Shown: positions 1-13,500 of the stretch, piece after piece
Numbering within the stretch: the stretch's first letter is position 1
Layout: every line of letters starts with the position of its first letter
Assembly: GCF_964355755.1 (NCBI RefSeq)
Contig: NC_092671.1
Location: 11,532,001-11,596,000, forward strand
DNA length: 64,000 nucleotides
Source: Antedon mediterranea
Lineage: Eukaryota; Animalia; Echinodermata
Direction of reading: 5' to 3'
The notes under the pieces: generated by a model
What the model was told of the DNA's origin: nothing
What the model saw: only the letters and a program-made list of their open reading frames with translations
Databases searched by the model: none
Program-made: the position numbers and the translations under genes

Positions 1-593
1 TATAATTATAAAAAAAAAAAAATTAACATTGTTCAACCTAGAACTATAGGATAACCATCTATGCTATTTGGTGAAAACGCGTCCAAGCAAGTGACGTTAT
101 GGTTAATAAGAGCAATAATATCATGGTCGATTTTATTGTTCTTATGGATCATGATGTAATTTGATGGGATTTTTATCAAAGATACAATAAACAGTCATCC
201 TATAGTTCTAGAATGAAATTTTTTAAAAGATCTATTGTCAAGATTTCAAACCATGAGAATGCATTATGCATGCTGCTAGTTAGGATTGTTTACAACTCGT
301 CACGGTTTGAGAAGGTGTTTTCACACAGATCGCAAGGAAGTTTTATGACTGCATACAGAGTAGCCAAACAAGCGCATTGCATTATGAGATATGTTTTGAT
401 CGAAAACTTTGACTGGAAGTCAAAGTTATTTTTTGAACAAATAAATGTCTGTATTTCAGTTTAATGATTTTCTTTTCAACTAATTTTTAGTGAAAGTTAA
501 TAACTACTGTATTATGATACTTCAAAATGACCAACTTTTTTTCGAAATATTAAAAAAAATGTTTTTGGAATCAGTCAAAGGGACAATACATCT
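1..593. mobile_element. Right end of a Kolobok-like non-autonomous DNA transposon (left end probably outside the window)
   Basis: Ends in GGGACAATACATCT followed by TTAA, the same terminus as the elements at 16144, 44458 and 47881. Internal inverted repeat CTAGAACTATAGGAT (about 38-52) and ATCCTATAGTTCTAG (about 197-211). Confidence 0.55.
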
Positions 594-807
594 TTAAATT
601 TCTTTTGTTTTATATAAGAAAAATGTGTGTTTATCTATTTATCGTCGATTGTTATCGTCCTAGTGTAAAAGCAGCAAAGACTTTTGAGACCAAGGAAAAT
701 AAATCTGTTTTTGATTTACACGATTGTACACAATTTTGAAAAAGTTTTCAACAATGTAATGTAATGTGTTAATATCCGTTTAGATAAACATATTTTCTAC
801 TTTCTAG

Positions 808-3184
808 GTTACCATAACAACTAGACAGCTTGTATCTCATCTAGGAGGTATTCGTCACTATGACAAGAAATACATAAAAGATGAAAGCAAAGATGGTGAA
901 GCAAAAGAAGAGAAAAAGAAGGATAAAGTGAATGAAAAGGAAAATGGAAAAAAGGATAAAAAAGAAGCAAAAGTGAAACTATCTGGAGATTCTATTTATA
1001 AGGAATTCTTTAACAAGAATGGATGTCCAACAATTGCAAAGGCCTTGGAAATATTTAAGAATGATCCATTGATTAAAAAACCAGGTATTGTAAAACTGGT
1101 TGGTAGAACCACTATTAAGTGTACGATTTAAAGCTTGGTTTCCACTTGGGTACAATGCAATGACATATGTGCAATGCAAAAGTATGTTGACCAATCATCA
1201 GCGACATTTATGGATTGGAGAAATTACGTGGGTTGCGCTTACGTCCTTGCATTGCGTCATAGTGGAAACCAAGCCTAATAACTGTACACACCGTGACTAG
1301 GGATTGGCTTTAGTTTTAAAGCGTACAATTGCTTCTCATTCATTTAGGTATATCGACTGAATAGGGTAATCCAAACGAGTGGTTACACTGTAATCATAAA
1401 AACCTATAAGATAAGAAATACTTTTTTTTTCATCTTCAAAAGTGAAAATCACTGCATGGAAAAATCAAAGAGTGTACAATATTTGTTTTAAAATAATAAG
1501 TAAATTGAAATTGATATTATTTTCCTTGTAGGTACTGAATTTTACTACACAACGAATGGGTGGACGTTAGTTAGTGCAGTAGTTGAAGCTGCATCGGGAA
1601 AAGATTTTATCAAGTACATGACTTCCATATTTGCTGATTTGGGCCTAGCATCCACCCAACCAGAGTATCATAAAACACTAATATATCATAGAGCAAGGTA
1701 AACAGTATCCATGATTTTTTTTAATGAATATACTGTATAAAAATGCAACGTACCTTCAATAATGATAATTGTAAGGGATATTGTACTAGCATGTGAGAGG
1801 CATAGATTTCCAGATCTGTTTTTACCATATTGCTTGTATATCCTTAGTAGGTAAGGTACATGGACCATTGGCCCTGTGTGCACTTTAAAATACAGTCAAC
1901 TCTCCCAATACCGGACACCTTTGGGCCGGCCAAATAAGTCTGGTTTTCCGGAAAGTCTGGTATTCGGAATGCGTTTTTAATGGTAAAAATAAATTTGGGA
2001 CCTTTTGGTCCTCAAAAAAAGTCTGGTATTGGGAGAGTTTCTGGTTTTCAGAGAGTCCGGTATTGGGAGAGTTGACTGTATACTATTTACACTAAAAGTA
2101 TACTATTTGAAAAAAGGCCCTATACTGGGCCCTGAGAGAAGCGACTTGTACTAAAGAGGTCTGTATAAAGAAAAAAGACTGCATTTACAGTACAACAAAG
2201 AGCTTGGTTCTCCCTTTCCAAGAGTATTGATGTACTGTAGCTCTTCTACTACACAGGTTGTTGATGATAATCAACGTATTTATATTATTACATGGCAACA
2301 AAAGTTTGTTTATTGTAATGATATATAAATAAAGAACAATATCAATATTTGTTTCAGACAGTATGCATTGAACAGCCGTGGTCGTCTAGAGAATACAGCG
2401 TATGTTGACAATTCTTGCAAATGGGCTGGTGGTGGATTTATATCAAATGCACCAGACTTGGTTAAATTTGGCAACGCTATGCTGTATAGTTCTCAATACA
2501 ACTCAAACAATCAAGGTAACTAAATATAATTATTGTGAATACACTGTTTTGTTTCTTCATTTGTTTTTGGGGCTTTTTTTTTAATGCCAAAAAAATGAAT
2601 TTTATTTTGTTTACCAATTTCAAATAAGAATCGGGATACAATATATGAAATAGAAATTTGATAAACCATGTCAGAAATGGACTATACTATTAATGTGCGA
2701 GTGTGTTAATATGAAATTGGGAGTAAAATATTGTTTTTTTATCTCTGAATCTTGTTTTTTTTTAAATCATCTTAAATTGCTGTATTTTCTTAAATTTTCA
2801 GATTGCAATGTACTACCAGGTTATCTCAAACCAGAAACTATTAAAAATGTTTGGACACCAGTTAAAAATACAAAATGTTCTTGGGACAGCGATGGGTTTT
2901 ATGGTATGGGATGGTGTGTAGTTGATTATCACCAGAAACATGGGTCATGTAAACAAAACAAAAGTGTTCTATCACACACAGGGGGCTCTATTGGTGGCAG
3001 CAGTGTATTACTTGTGATGCCATCAGATGAGACTAAGGAAAGAGATGATCTAGGCTCTCGTAAACCACATCCCAGAGGTGTGGTGGTAGCGATCCTAGCA
3101 AACATGGAGTCTGTGAGTCTGTATAAAACTGGTGTTACAATCGGTAGTAATTTTAAACCACTTTGCTGGAATAGTATACCTTAA
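808..3184 (+). CDS. LACTB: Serine beta-lactamase-like protein LACTB, mitochondrial (3' part; 5' exons lie upstream of the window)
   Basis: Exons 808-1084, 1532-1697, 2358-2515 and 2802-3184 (TAA), all GT-AG with compatible phases. Translation VTITTRQLVSHLGGIRHY...[K/E-rich insert]...FKNDPLIKKPGTEFYYTTNGWTLVSAVVE...YVDNSCKWAGGGF...SHTGGSIGGSSVL shows the Y-x-T and HTG motifs of LACTB. The SxxK motif is not in the window. Confidence 0.9.
1132..1275. mobile_element. Harbinger/Tourist-like MITE
   Basis: TIRs (A/G)GCTTGGTTTCCACT ... AGTGGAAACCAAGCC with TAA on both sides (3-bp TSD). Confidence 0.75.
1761..2120 (+). mobile_element. Degenerate SINE (same family as 23690-23970), interrupted by the MITE at 1893-2078
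   Basis: Shares GTAAGGGA..GTACTA.CATGTGAGAGGCATAG...CCATATTGCTTGTAT and, beyond the MITE, ACTATTTGAAAA with the copy at 23690-23970. Confidence 0.6.
1893..2078. mobile_element. Tc1/mariner-pogo type MITE (CAGT termini, TA TSD)
   Basis: Perfect 24-bp TIR CAGTCAACTCTCCCAATACCGGAC / GTCCGGTATTGGGAGAGTTGACTG flanked by TA. Degraded relatives at about 30821-30972 and 32397-32575. Confidence 0.85.
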
Positions 3185-4549
3185 AGAATTAATTACATTT
3201 TTTTTATTTTATTTATTTCATTTATATGTAATTTACTTTCTATGGACCAGAGTTTCCGAAATAAAAGATTGAATGAATGAATGAATGAAGATTCATCTAT
3301 CGGCCTAAATAAAATCAAAGTCGAAAATGTGGTGTTATAAGTCAGCAATTTATCTAGTGTTTTTAAATTTTACTTAATTTACAGTACAGGATTAATAAAT
3401 AAATAGCAAAATTGAACAAAAAAATGAATTTGATATACAGTATGTAAAACCAAACTCCATTGAACTAATTTGATAGGGACGGGTTTAGTACTAGCATGCA
3501 GTCTTTTTCAAAATTACCCTTAAATTTGTAGGTGAACTTTATATACTGTATTTTAGGATAGCCTTATACTAGCATATTACAGAACACACTAAATCATTGT
3601 ATTGTCCCACTAGATAAAAAAAAATAATTCGATTTCAAAAGATTGTCGCACATAATGATTAGTACTACATACCTCCGAATCTTTGTTCATCTTATTTATA
3701 ATGTATAATATTGTATTTTTATTGTGAGGTGGTATTGGGAAAATACATTATTATCAAATTATGTATCAAATTTATACATATATTTATTTGATATTTTTTA
3801 TGTTATTTGATATTGAATAAATGCATGTAAATGAAATACTATATGAGACTTTAATAAAAAAAAAATGAATAAAAATAATATTCTTACTTGTGTGGATTAA
3901 TTTCGTATGAATTCTGCCAGAGGCCATCGTTGTCATATTATTCATTGGTTATAATATTGATTTATGTATACAAATAGTTTAATAATATTGGCTGACTAGA
4001 ATATGAATAATGGACAAAGCAGCAATTAAAATGATTGTAGTTTCTGAAATATAAAAAAAGTGTCTGTTCACCCATGTTGGAGGTATCCCAACTTGATTAG
4101 TCACAAATTAAGTATAACTTTCATATAACCATTTGTTATTTAATATTAATGGGAAAATGGCTATAATTTTTTTTAGTGAAAATATATTTTTTTAATGGTA
4201 AAAGGTATCAAAAGTAGGTTTTCCTGAAAAATAAATGAGTAAAAAGAATGAAAATGAATGATATGATAATCAATACTGTGACGGTGTTAATTATATGTGC
4301 TCATATTTTCATTGTTTTATAACATTTAGGAATAATTTGAATTGATCGCATAATTTTAAAAGTGTAAACATTTGTCTTTTAATGTATATTTCCAATATAT
4401 GCAGTTACTCTTTATCATAAAAGAATCTAAACAAAATGTAATATAGTAAAATTATAATATTGGTTCTTTTGATCTCTCACGCTCTTTGTTCATTAATTTG
4501 GCTAAGTTGCCGAGCTTGTGCGCATGTCAGCTATAGCCGATTCGTCAAA

Positions 4550-7500
4550 ATGGCCACCTCCAAGGAAGATGTGGCGAAAGACACAATTGCTATAAAAAGT
4601 GAAAATAGGTCCGAAAATAGAAGGAATATTACAAATTCAAATGCAGTTTTAGGATTATTAACATTTGTTATTCTTCTATTGGCCTGTTTAGCTGGATTTA
4701 GCTCTCGCCTGTTTGCTGTAATTCGGTTCGAAAGCATCATTCACGAGTTCGATCCATGGTAAGCTGCAAGCATGATAATTATGAAAAACTAGGGGCCTAC
4801 CGGCGTTTCCTGGTGGTTGCTGGTGCCGGTTGCAGTGTGATACGTTGGTTGGGAGGGTGGGTGGGTATTAAATATATGGAATCACACTAGCCTAGGCCTA
4901 GTGGCTATGCCTTAAGAAACAAATTTGGTAGAAGCTGTGGTATAGCATTTTATAGAAACACAGCCTCATGAGATTAGGGTTGTGAAGTGGGAGGGGCATC
5001 ATCATGCCAGTCAACACAATTAAATACATACATAGTAACTAGCCTAGGCCTAGGCCCTATTCAATACTAATATTTAATAATATTATTTAGAATATGCAGT
5101 TGTTTAAATTTTTTAAATGTACTAAATTAGTTTTTATTTTATATGTTTTTTAAGCTAGGGCCTAGGCCTAGAATCTATAGTATAACATTATGTGAAACTT
5201 ACCTTTTGATTAATAATTTTGAAATTATAGAAAAGCATTCTCCAATTATGCCCTACTGCAATCACATAGGCCTACATGTACTTACTGTTGATGTTTTAAT
5301 AAATTTCTTTTTAACTAATCTTACAGGTTTAATTATCGTGCCACTCGTCATATGGTAAATCATGGTTTCTATAACTTTCTTAACTGGTTTGATGAAAGAG
5401 CTTGGTATCCCCTTGGCAGGATTGTAGGAGGAACGGTAAGTATGATATAAACCAACGATTTCATTCAAATACCAAATTTATGAATACATGCTAAAAACCA
5501 GGCTTAAAACTTTTCTTTTTAATGATCTACTGTAATTACAAAAAGCATAGCATAGCAATCGAATGCAATGTACATTCCTAGCTTTTTGCATGGCAGATCC
5601 AAGAGGGGGAGGGGGTAGTAGGAAGTGGAGGCTGAAGCCCAGCCACAGATATCACAAAAGACAGCATATATTGGGTTAAGTTTTAAAGCACTATGAAACA
5701 GTTGACTTAAACACTGAGCTATGTTGACAATGAGTAAATATTAAGCTGCTCAACCAAGTATTGTACAGGTACTGTACACTTGCTGAACAAACATGTGATA
5801 TTTTGAAGGAATTACCTCTTGAGGTAATTTGAAGACATACAGCAATCAGGGAATATTTCTGTCAGTGTATTACTTTTTATTTCAACATTTTTCAAGAGGG
5901 AGACCCAGCCAGCGTGAGTTGATAGAGTATTATGGGGCCCTCAGCAAGACAAGATGACAAAAAGCAACAAAGAATTATAAAGATGTAGCATAGCCAAAGG
6001 CTATAGAATACCACCTTATTACTATGCATCTACAGTAATAATAATAATAGTTCATTCTTATATAGCGCATATAAGCAAGCTCTCAATGCGCTGAACATTA
6101 TTACCCCAGTCATTTCCTGATCAAACACCTATGGAAACATACTCCCATATATGCAGCTAGTAATCAGCGCAAAGTTGTGTCAGTAGTACCAAAACATTCC
6201 CTACTTCAAATTAAGAATGATCACCAATTATTGTACAACAGTACATGAATCCAACACACTGACATTTTCTGTGCTGTAGTGTATTTTATACTGTAGATGT
6301 AGTGTGATGCAGACCAAAGCATTACTTACAGAATATTTTTTTTTTACATTGAGGAACAACTATAAAATAATAATTTATTACACACTGCAGTGTTATTTCA
6401 CATTATTTTTGCAAAAGCAGGTCAATCCATGTAGTTAGAGTTATAATGGCTATGAATATATTTCCTTTATTGGTTCAGTTAAAAGAATTTCACACATGAT
6501 AATTTCTTAGAAGAGCTTTAATTGTGTTATAATTGAATAGTAAATCATATGACTGTCTATGTTAAAGTAAAAATTATTGGAGACACTAATAAATCATATA
6601 CAATTCGACTTAATTTAAAGGATAAGTGTACACTTTTCCTGCTGTTAATTGATGCATATTTAGCATTATTTATGTGTACAGTTTGTAGTCATAAATCATT
6701 TTCAGTTTCTGAATTTATTCTTCATATTAAAAATTACAATGTTTTATTTTAACAAAATGCAAAATAATTAATTTCTGTTGTTCTGTTCATTCAAACTGTA
6801 TATAATTGTCTAAAAATGATTATCGCACAGTGAGTGTTGGTTATTAACACAACACGCGTTTATAACACACAAATTATTAATATAAGCAATAGGCCTTGTC
6901 TTTTAAGGATAGTGAGTGCGATCACTCTCACCTAACAGTCACACTCCTAAACTGCCCTTGAGGAGTGTGATTTACAACACGCCTTAATTTGGTAAACTTC
7001 TACACACAAAAATACAAACAGCACACCTACAGCACCCCTGAATGTATTGAGGAGTGCAATTTGTAGCACACCTACAGGGAATAATTTCGCCAGTGTAGCA
7101 TAGCAAAAAGCTATACAATACAACCTTATTGCTACACATTTCTAAAATTATGTAGCAAAAAAGACAATACAAAACTATGTTTCTCGCCTAAAAATCAGTT
7201 TGATTAGCAATAATGCTAAACAAAATTTTAAAATGAAATTTTTCCCTGACCTATGATTTTCAAAAGACAAGGCCTGAAGCAAACTAAACTGTAGACAGTT
7301 TTTTGTTGCATAATGAAAATAGTCAACAATCATGCAGTACAGTAGCTTAATATACTGTAGTGTTGCATAGGTCACCCAATCTTTTCAAGCTTATTACAGA
7401 AGGTACAATTACAGTAGTTTTTATACAAGCCTTGTGATTTAAACCAAGAATATTTGTTTCCTTTAGGTTTATCCTGGTTTGATGGTAACATCAGGAACAA

Positions 7501-10500
7501 TCCATTGGTTTCTTCACGCACTCAACATTCCTGTTCATATACGTGATATCTGTGTATTCCTTGCACCGTTGTTCAGGTATGCAAAAAGGGAAAAAAATGA
7601 TATATCATATCACCACTACTAATTTAATCTACACTATCAAATTTTATGTGACAAAAAAATGTGATGTGCCCTTACATGGACATGATGATGTTATATCACT
7701 ACCATACTTGAGCATATCATTACCATATTTGGGCACATCACACTTTTTTTGTCAAACTAGTTTGATAGTGTAGATAGAGCTTAATAAATTTGCAAACAGC
7801 ATTCAAAGACATCATCAACCCTCAAGGCATGTTTTACCAAATATGTTAGAGGGTGCTATTTTGTTATTTATTGTCATTTATGAATGCCTCTCACTCAGAC
7901 CATGGGGTACATAAACGAAGGTTGACTGTATTTCTTAGAAGTAATGGTGTCCCATTGGTACAAAATATTCTCACCTGTTTTATTCGCCATTTTCCAGCTT
8001 TGAACTCACTAATGTCAACCAGCTTTGCATTGACTTATTTTAGAATGTTTTGAACGGTTTTGCACCTGCTATAAATCCCTAATTGCATTCCCTTAGGATT
8101 TATAGGAAATTTCCTAATACATTTTTCTTCTCACAATCTCTTGTTACATTAATGTGTTCGTTCATTGTTAATAATCATAGTAATTTTTGATGGTCTTTTT
8201 TAAACTAAATTCTAATCAGTCAAAGGTGGGTTTTTAATTTAATTTCAGAAAATTATTTTACATGGAAAATTTCTTGATAATTTTACAATAATTTTTTTTT
8301 TTTTATTGTTTGGGTTTTTTTTCATTCATTTGTAATTAATGTTTACTGTGTATACTAATTTTTTACTTTGTATTATTTTTGTTTGTAGTGGTCTAACAGC
8401 TTTGGCAACATATGGGTTGACCTCTGAACTGTGGAGCTCTAGTGCAGGTTTATTAGCAGCATGCTGTATTGCAATAGGTACAGTAGGAAATGTTTGGTTT
8501 TTGTTTTTTTCTTCATAATGTAATAGTACAAAAAATAAATGATTCTATCATAGATAAATATTAAGAACAATAATGTAGTCATATATAGCGTCTAAAGACA
8601 AAACAAAAATTATATATTATATAAGATAACCAAAAAAGAAGAAAAGCAGAGTAACCAAAGTCATATTGTGTAGTAGTTTTATTTTGAATTCCTATGTCAT
8701 ATTGTCGAAAGTACTACAGCAATATACAAGTATGAATTAATTACCAAATGTATTTTTAGAAAGAATAATGTACTGTAAATTGCATCTGAGCGGTTCACTT
8801 TATTAGAACATTTCAAGGATTTAGATAATTTCAATTTTATGATGAAGATAAAAGATGCATCAGAATCTAATAACTTGGTTAACGAGTAAACATGATCTTT
8901 ATTTGATTAACGTAATCATTATCTAATACTATTGAAAATTTAGGTTAATTATTAATTACTTGGAGTTTCGATTTTATCATTCTCTATAATTTTACCACAT
9001 GTTATTCCAATGATAATGTACTGTAACAATTGCAGCATGAAATAATGATGATATTAAAGCATAAAAACAGATTTCTAAACATTTGTATTATCTGTATTTT
9101 ATATAGTTCCAGGTTATATATCAAGATCCGTAGCTGGATCGTATGATAATGAAGGAATTGCTATCTTTGCATTAATTTTTACATATTACCTCTGGGTGAG
9201 TATTTTGTACTTTCACAATTTAATTGGTATAAATTAGATATGCTCAAGTATAATCCCACCCCTGAATTTAGAATAAATTAAACATAAAACTTTGTTATAT
9301 ATGCAATCCTTGTGTAATCCCATCCACTAATTTCCACAAACCTTATTCAGACTATTGAGACTTATTATACAGTATATTTTTATTTTTAACATGGTGTACT
9401 ATACTTCTACCTACAAAATTAAGACCATAAATGTAGTATATTTAAACATAAAAGATATTTAAATGTTTTTGGCTGAGTTTTTCATTTAGTTAGTTACTTG
9501 TCAATTTTTGTAAATAATTATTAATATTTTTTGTTATTGTAGGTAAAAGCTGTAAAGAATGGATCCGTTTCATGGGCAGCATTAACAGCTCTTTCATACT
9601 TCTATATGGTGAGCAATCTTGTAATTTGATTGTAGGTTACAGTAAATCACATGATAACTGTTATTTTGTACTATTTTGACTATTTGTACTTTTTTGTTCT
9701 ATCTGCAAAAAAGACACATAGCAATTGCTAAACTTATAATCAACTAAACACCCAGCATGTCCGGAAAATAAACCGTCTAGTTTTCAGAATGCATTTTGAA
9801 TTTTAGAACTTTTGAACTTGAAGGCAAAAGAATTATCAGGTTTTTGAGAAATGTAATGTATTCATTTCTATTTTGCCCATTTTACAGTTTCAGTGTAAAA
9901 TATAAAATATCAAGGGGACACCTTCTGGGCCAAACAAACTGTCCTCTTATTAGAGGTGCCCTTGGCAGTGTTAAATCCTATATTGCAAAATGAGTCTCTC
10001 TTAAATATGTGTCCCAGTGGATAGTATAATTATCGTTTTAAAACCTCATTAATATAAACAATTTTTTTTTGTGGCAGGTTTCAGCTTGGGGTGGTTATGT
10101 TTTTATAATTAACCTTATTCCACTTCATACGTTCGTTCTTTTGTTGATGGGAAGGTATTCTCAAAGAATCTTTGTAGGTAAGTATATGTCCTCTTTTCAA
10201 CAGTCAGTGAAACTCCTGACATGCCTGTAAAGCTTTCCAGTAACTGGCCCATTTAACCAGTCAATCGTTTACAGATGCCATACATGATTTTTACACACAA
10301 AACAAGTTTTGCCAATAAAATTGAATATTTGCGAGTAAAAACACTGATTTACTGGTAAGAGGGACCAGTTGAAGATAACCCTAAGGACACTCCTGTTTAA
10401 GTATACCGACTTATGAATTTTAACTGTATGTTCATACATATGAATAATCCAAGATATTTTATGTGCAGGTTTCAAATGAACCCTGATGCAAAAACCAGTC

Positions 10501-13500
10501 TTTCAGTTGACTCATTTAGATTAAAAGCCATTTACAAATAATGAAATGTTATTAACCAAAGAAGTGTTTCTATTTTTTGCAGCATATAGTACATTCTATA
10601 TACTAGGTACATTATTTGCAATGCAAGTGCCGTTTGTAGGTTTTCAGCCAGTTCGGACAAGTGAGCATATGGCTGCAGCAGGTATGGAATATGTCATTAG
10701 TATACGTTCAAATGAATATGTTAATGTTCAAGAGAATTAACCTATTTTTCTGATAGCAAAATAGAACAGTTTACTAGGCCACACTAAGTTTTTGTTGTTT
10801 ATTTTAATACCTGGATAAACCAACATTAGCCTATTTCTCATCAAAAGCCACTGTAACAAAATAGGACAGTCTGCCAGGTTACACTAAGTTTGTTGTTTAT
10901 TTTAATACCTGGATAAACCAACATTAGACTATTTCTCATTAAAAACCCCTGTAACAAAATAGAGCAGTCAGATTTAAAAGAGTTGTTTGCTGATTAATTA
11001 CATTAATGATTTGCCTAGGCTCTTGATTAAAGGCCAATTAAAAATGTATGCAACTTAAACAAGTTATACAAAGATTTGATCTTGTCAACCTTTTGTCTAT
11101 GTTCTTAGTCTACGTTTGATTAAAGGCCAGCCAATTAATAATTTACACCACTTTTTTATACAACATTTGTTCTCTTGTTTTAGGAACTTTTGTCTTGCTG
11201 CAAGCCTACGCATTTTTTAAATACATTCAGAAAACCCTAACAAAGCAAGAATTCACATCACTGTTCTTCTTCTCAATTCTTGCTGCTGCTGGGGGTGTCT
11301 TTGTTAGTGTTGTTATTCTTACATACAGTGGTAAGTAACTTCTACACATATGTTTATCAGTCTATTTCGTGCCTAGCTTACCTGGATAAACCTACATTTA
11401 ATTAGCCTATTCTCTCCGAGAAAAGAAACTACTTTTGGTTTGTGTATTTTCTTTTGCTAATTTTAATAATAATGATATTGTTACATACACCCATTTTTTT
11501 GTATAGGTTATGTTGCTCCCTGGAGTGGTAGATTTTATTCTCTTTATGATACTGGGTAAGTAAACATTTTTGCATTTATTTTATGCTGTGAAAATATCTG
11601 AATGAATTCAATTCCTAGACAGGGGTACAATTGTGGTAGCTTAAGTATCGAACACTTCCATTACTTAATGCTTATAATTTACCTTAAGAATCTCTGATCT
11701 AGATTTCTCCATGTATCTACAACCTCATCATTTTGGGATGGTAATATTTTATTCATGAGGACATTTCTCGAATGATTATAATCAAAACGACACTGGGTTT
11801 GGTCTACTAGCGTTCCTGATCCCCAAATCCATTCATAGAAACACTGATGAAGAAAGTCTCTTCGTGGTGGCTATAGAGTGGTCCTGGGACATGACTATAC
11901 TTCGGCTTTAGTTGATAGAAGTTTGAAATGTCATTTAATAAGTTGTTTTATGGATATTTTAATTTTTATATAATAAGACTTAATGTATTTAAATTCCTCG
12001 GTTTTCTTTCAAGATATGCTAAAATTCACATACCGATTATCGCATCAGTGTCTGAGCATCAGCCGACAACTTGGGTATCTTTTTTCTTTGATCTTCATAT
12101 ACTTGTGTGTACATTCCCTGCTGGTCTTTGGTTTACAATTAAAGATATTAATGATGAAAGAGTTTTCAGTAAGTATCTTTTAATTCTCTAGCAATCCCCG
12201 TTAACATACATATATTCTAAAATACTTCATATAAATACACTAGAACCTTTATTATATGGGACTGCTGACTCTTGTAGTTACAGTAATCGTATTACTTTAG
12301 CAGTCCCTGACCAATTTCATCTTTTTACATTGTATATTATGTTTTGTTGGTCAGATAAATAAATGAAATGAAATTATATGGACAACTTCAAGACCAAAGA
12401 AAGTGTTTATACAGCTATTCCCTTAATATTAGTGTAGTGTTAATATGTACTGTATATTCACGCTTGTTTGTTTCATGGAAAAGTGTCCCTTTAATAATGG
12501 TGTCCAGTTAGTAGTTGCTCATAGTGTTAACATATATATTTCCCCTTCGTTTTTTGAGAAAGTGTCCCTTTAATAATGGTATGCCATTAATAGTAGTTAG
12601 TTGTAGTGTTAACATATATATTCCCCTCATTTGTTCACTGGAAAGTGTTCCTTTAATGTTTTACTACAGTATATTATGATTGTACTTTTTTGTTGGGAGT
12701 GGCACGCCTAATCGGCGACAGAAGCTGTTGGTCACTTTTGCCACTCTTTGGCGCAATCTAGCTATTTTTTGTCTTGTTTTGTTTGTATAAATGTGTTTGC
12801 CGAAATAAATAAAATAACAATAAATAAATTAACATTTTTAATTTAATTTTATCTTTGATTCCAGTTGTTTTATATGCAATAAGTGCTGTGTATTTTGCCG
12901 GTGTCATGGTCCGACTGATGTTGACTTTAACACCTGTTGTATGTATACTATCATCAATCGCAATATCAAAGTTACTAAGTGAATATCTTTTGGATGAAAC
13001 ACCTGAAAGAAAAAGAAGTGTGAGTGAGAGTGAGGATGATGAGGAAGAGATTAAAAGAAGAGAGAAGCTATATGATAAGGTAATATATACTCAGTTTGAG
13101 TATTAGTTACATATGTGGATTATCCTATGAGTCTATTTAAGTAGGGCTGCCATCAAGTCGCTTGTCTGTCCACAGACTAAGTAAGATGGACCGGTACACT
13201 AGGATGGTGCACTAGTTCATATGAGCAAGAAGTCTACAATGGACCTCCAGTTTTAAGTCCTTTATCCAAAATAATCCTTGATTGAGGAGACTCGTAGTCC
13301 AGTAAAGATAAGTCCGACTAAGGGTGAACCTTGAACAAATTGCAACAGATTTTTTTTTTGTCTGGTTGATATGGTCCAAGTAAACATCATATCCAAAGTT
13401 TACCAATTCAAAATGACCACCATTACCGTGCCCATTTTATAGCTATAGTTTGTGGCATCACTGCCTTAACTGATTGGTACTGCCTTAACTGATTGGTACA

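Noticed and set aside
4460-4549. In-frame upstream extension of STT3B from a TTG start
   Set aside because: The ATG at 4550 has strong context and the extension looks like promoter or UTR sequence.
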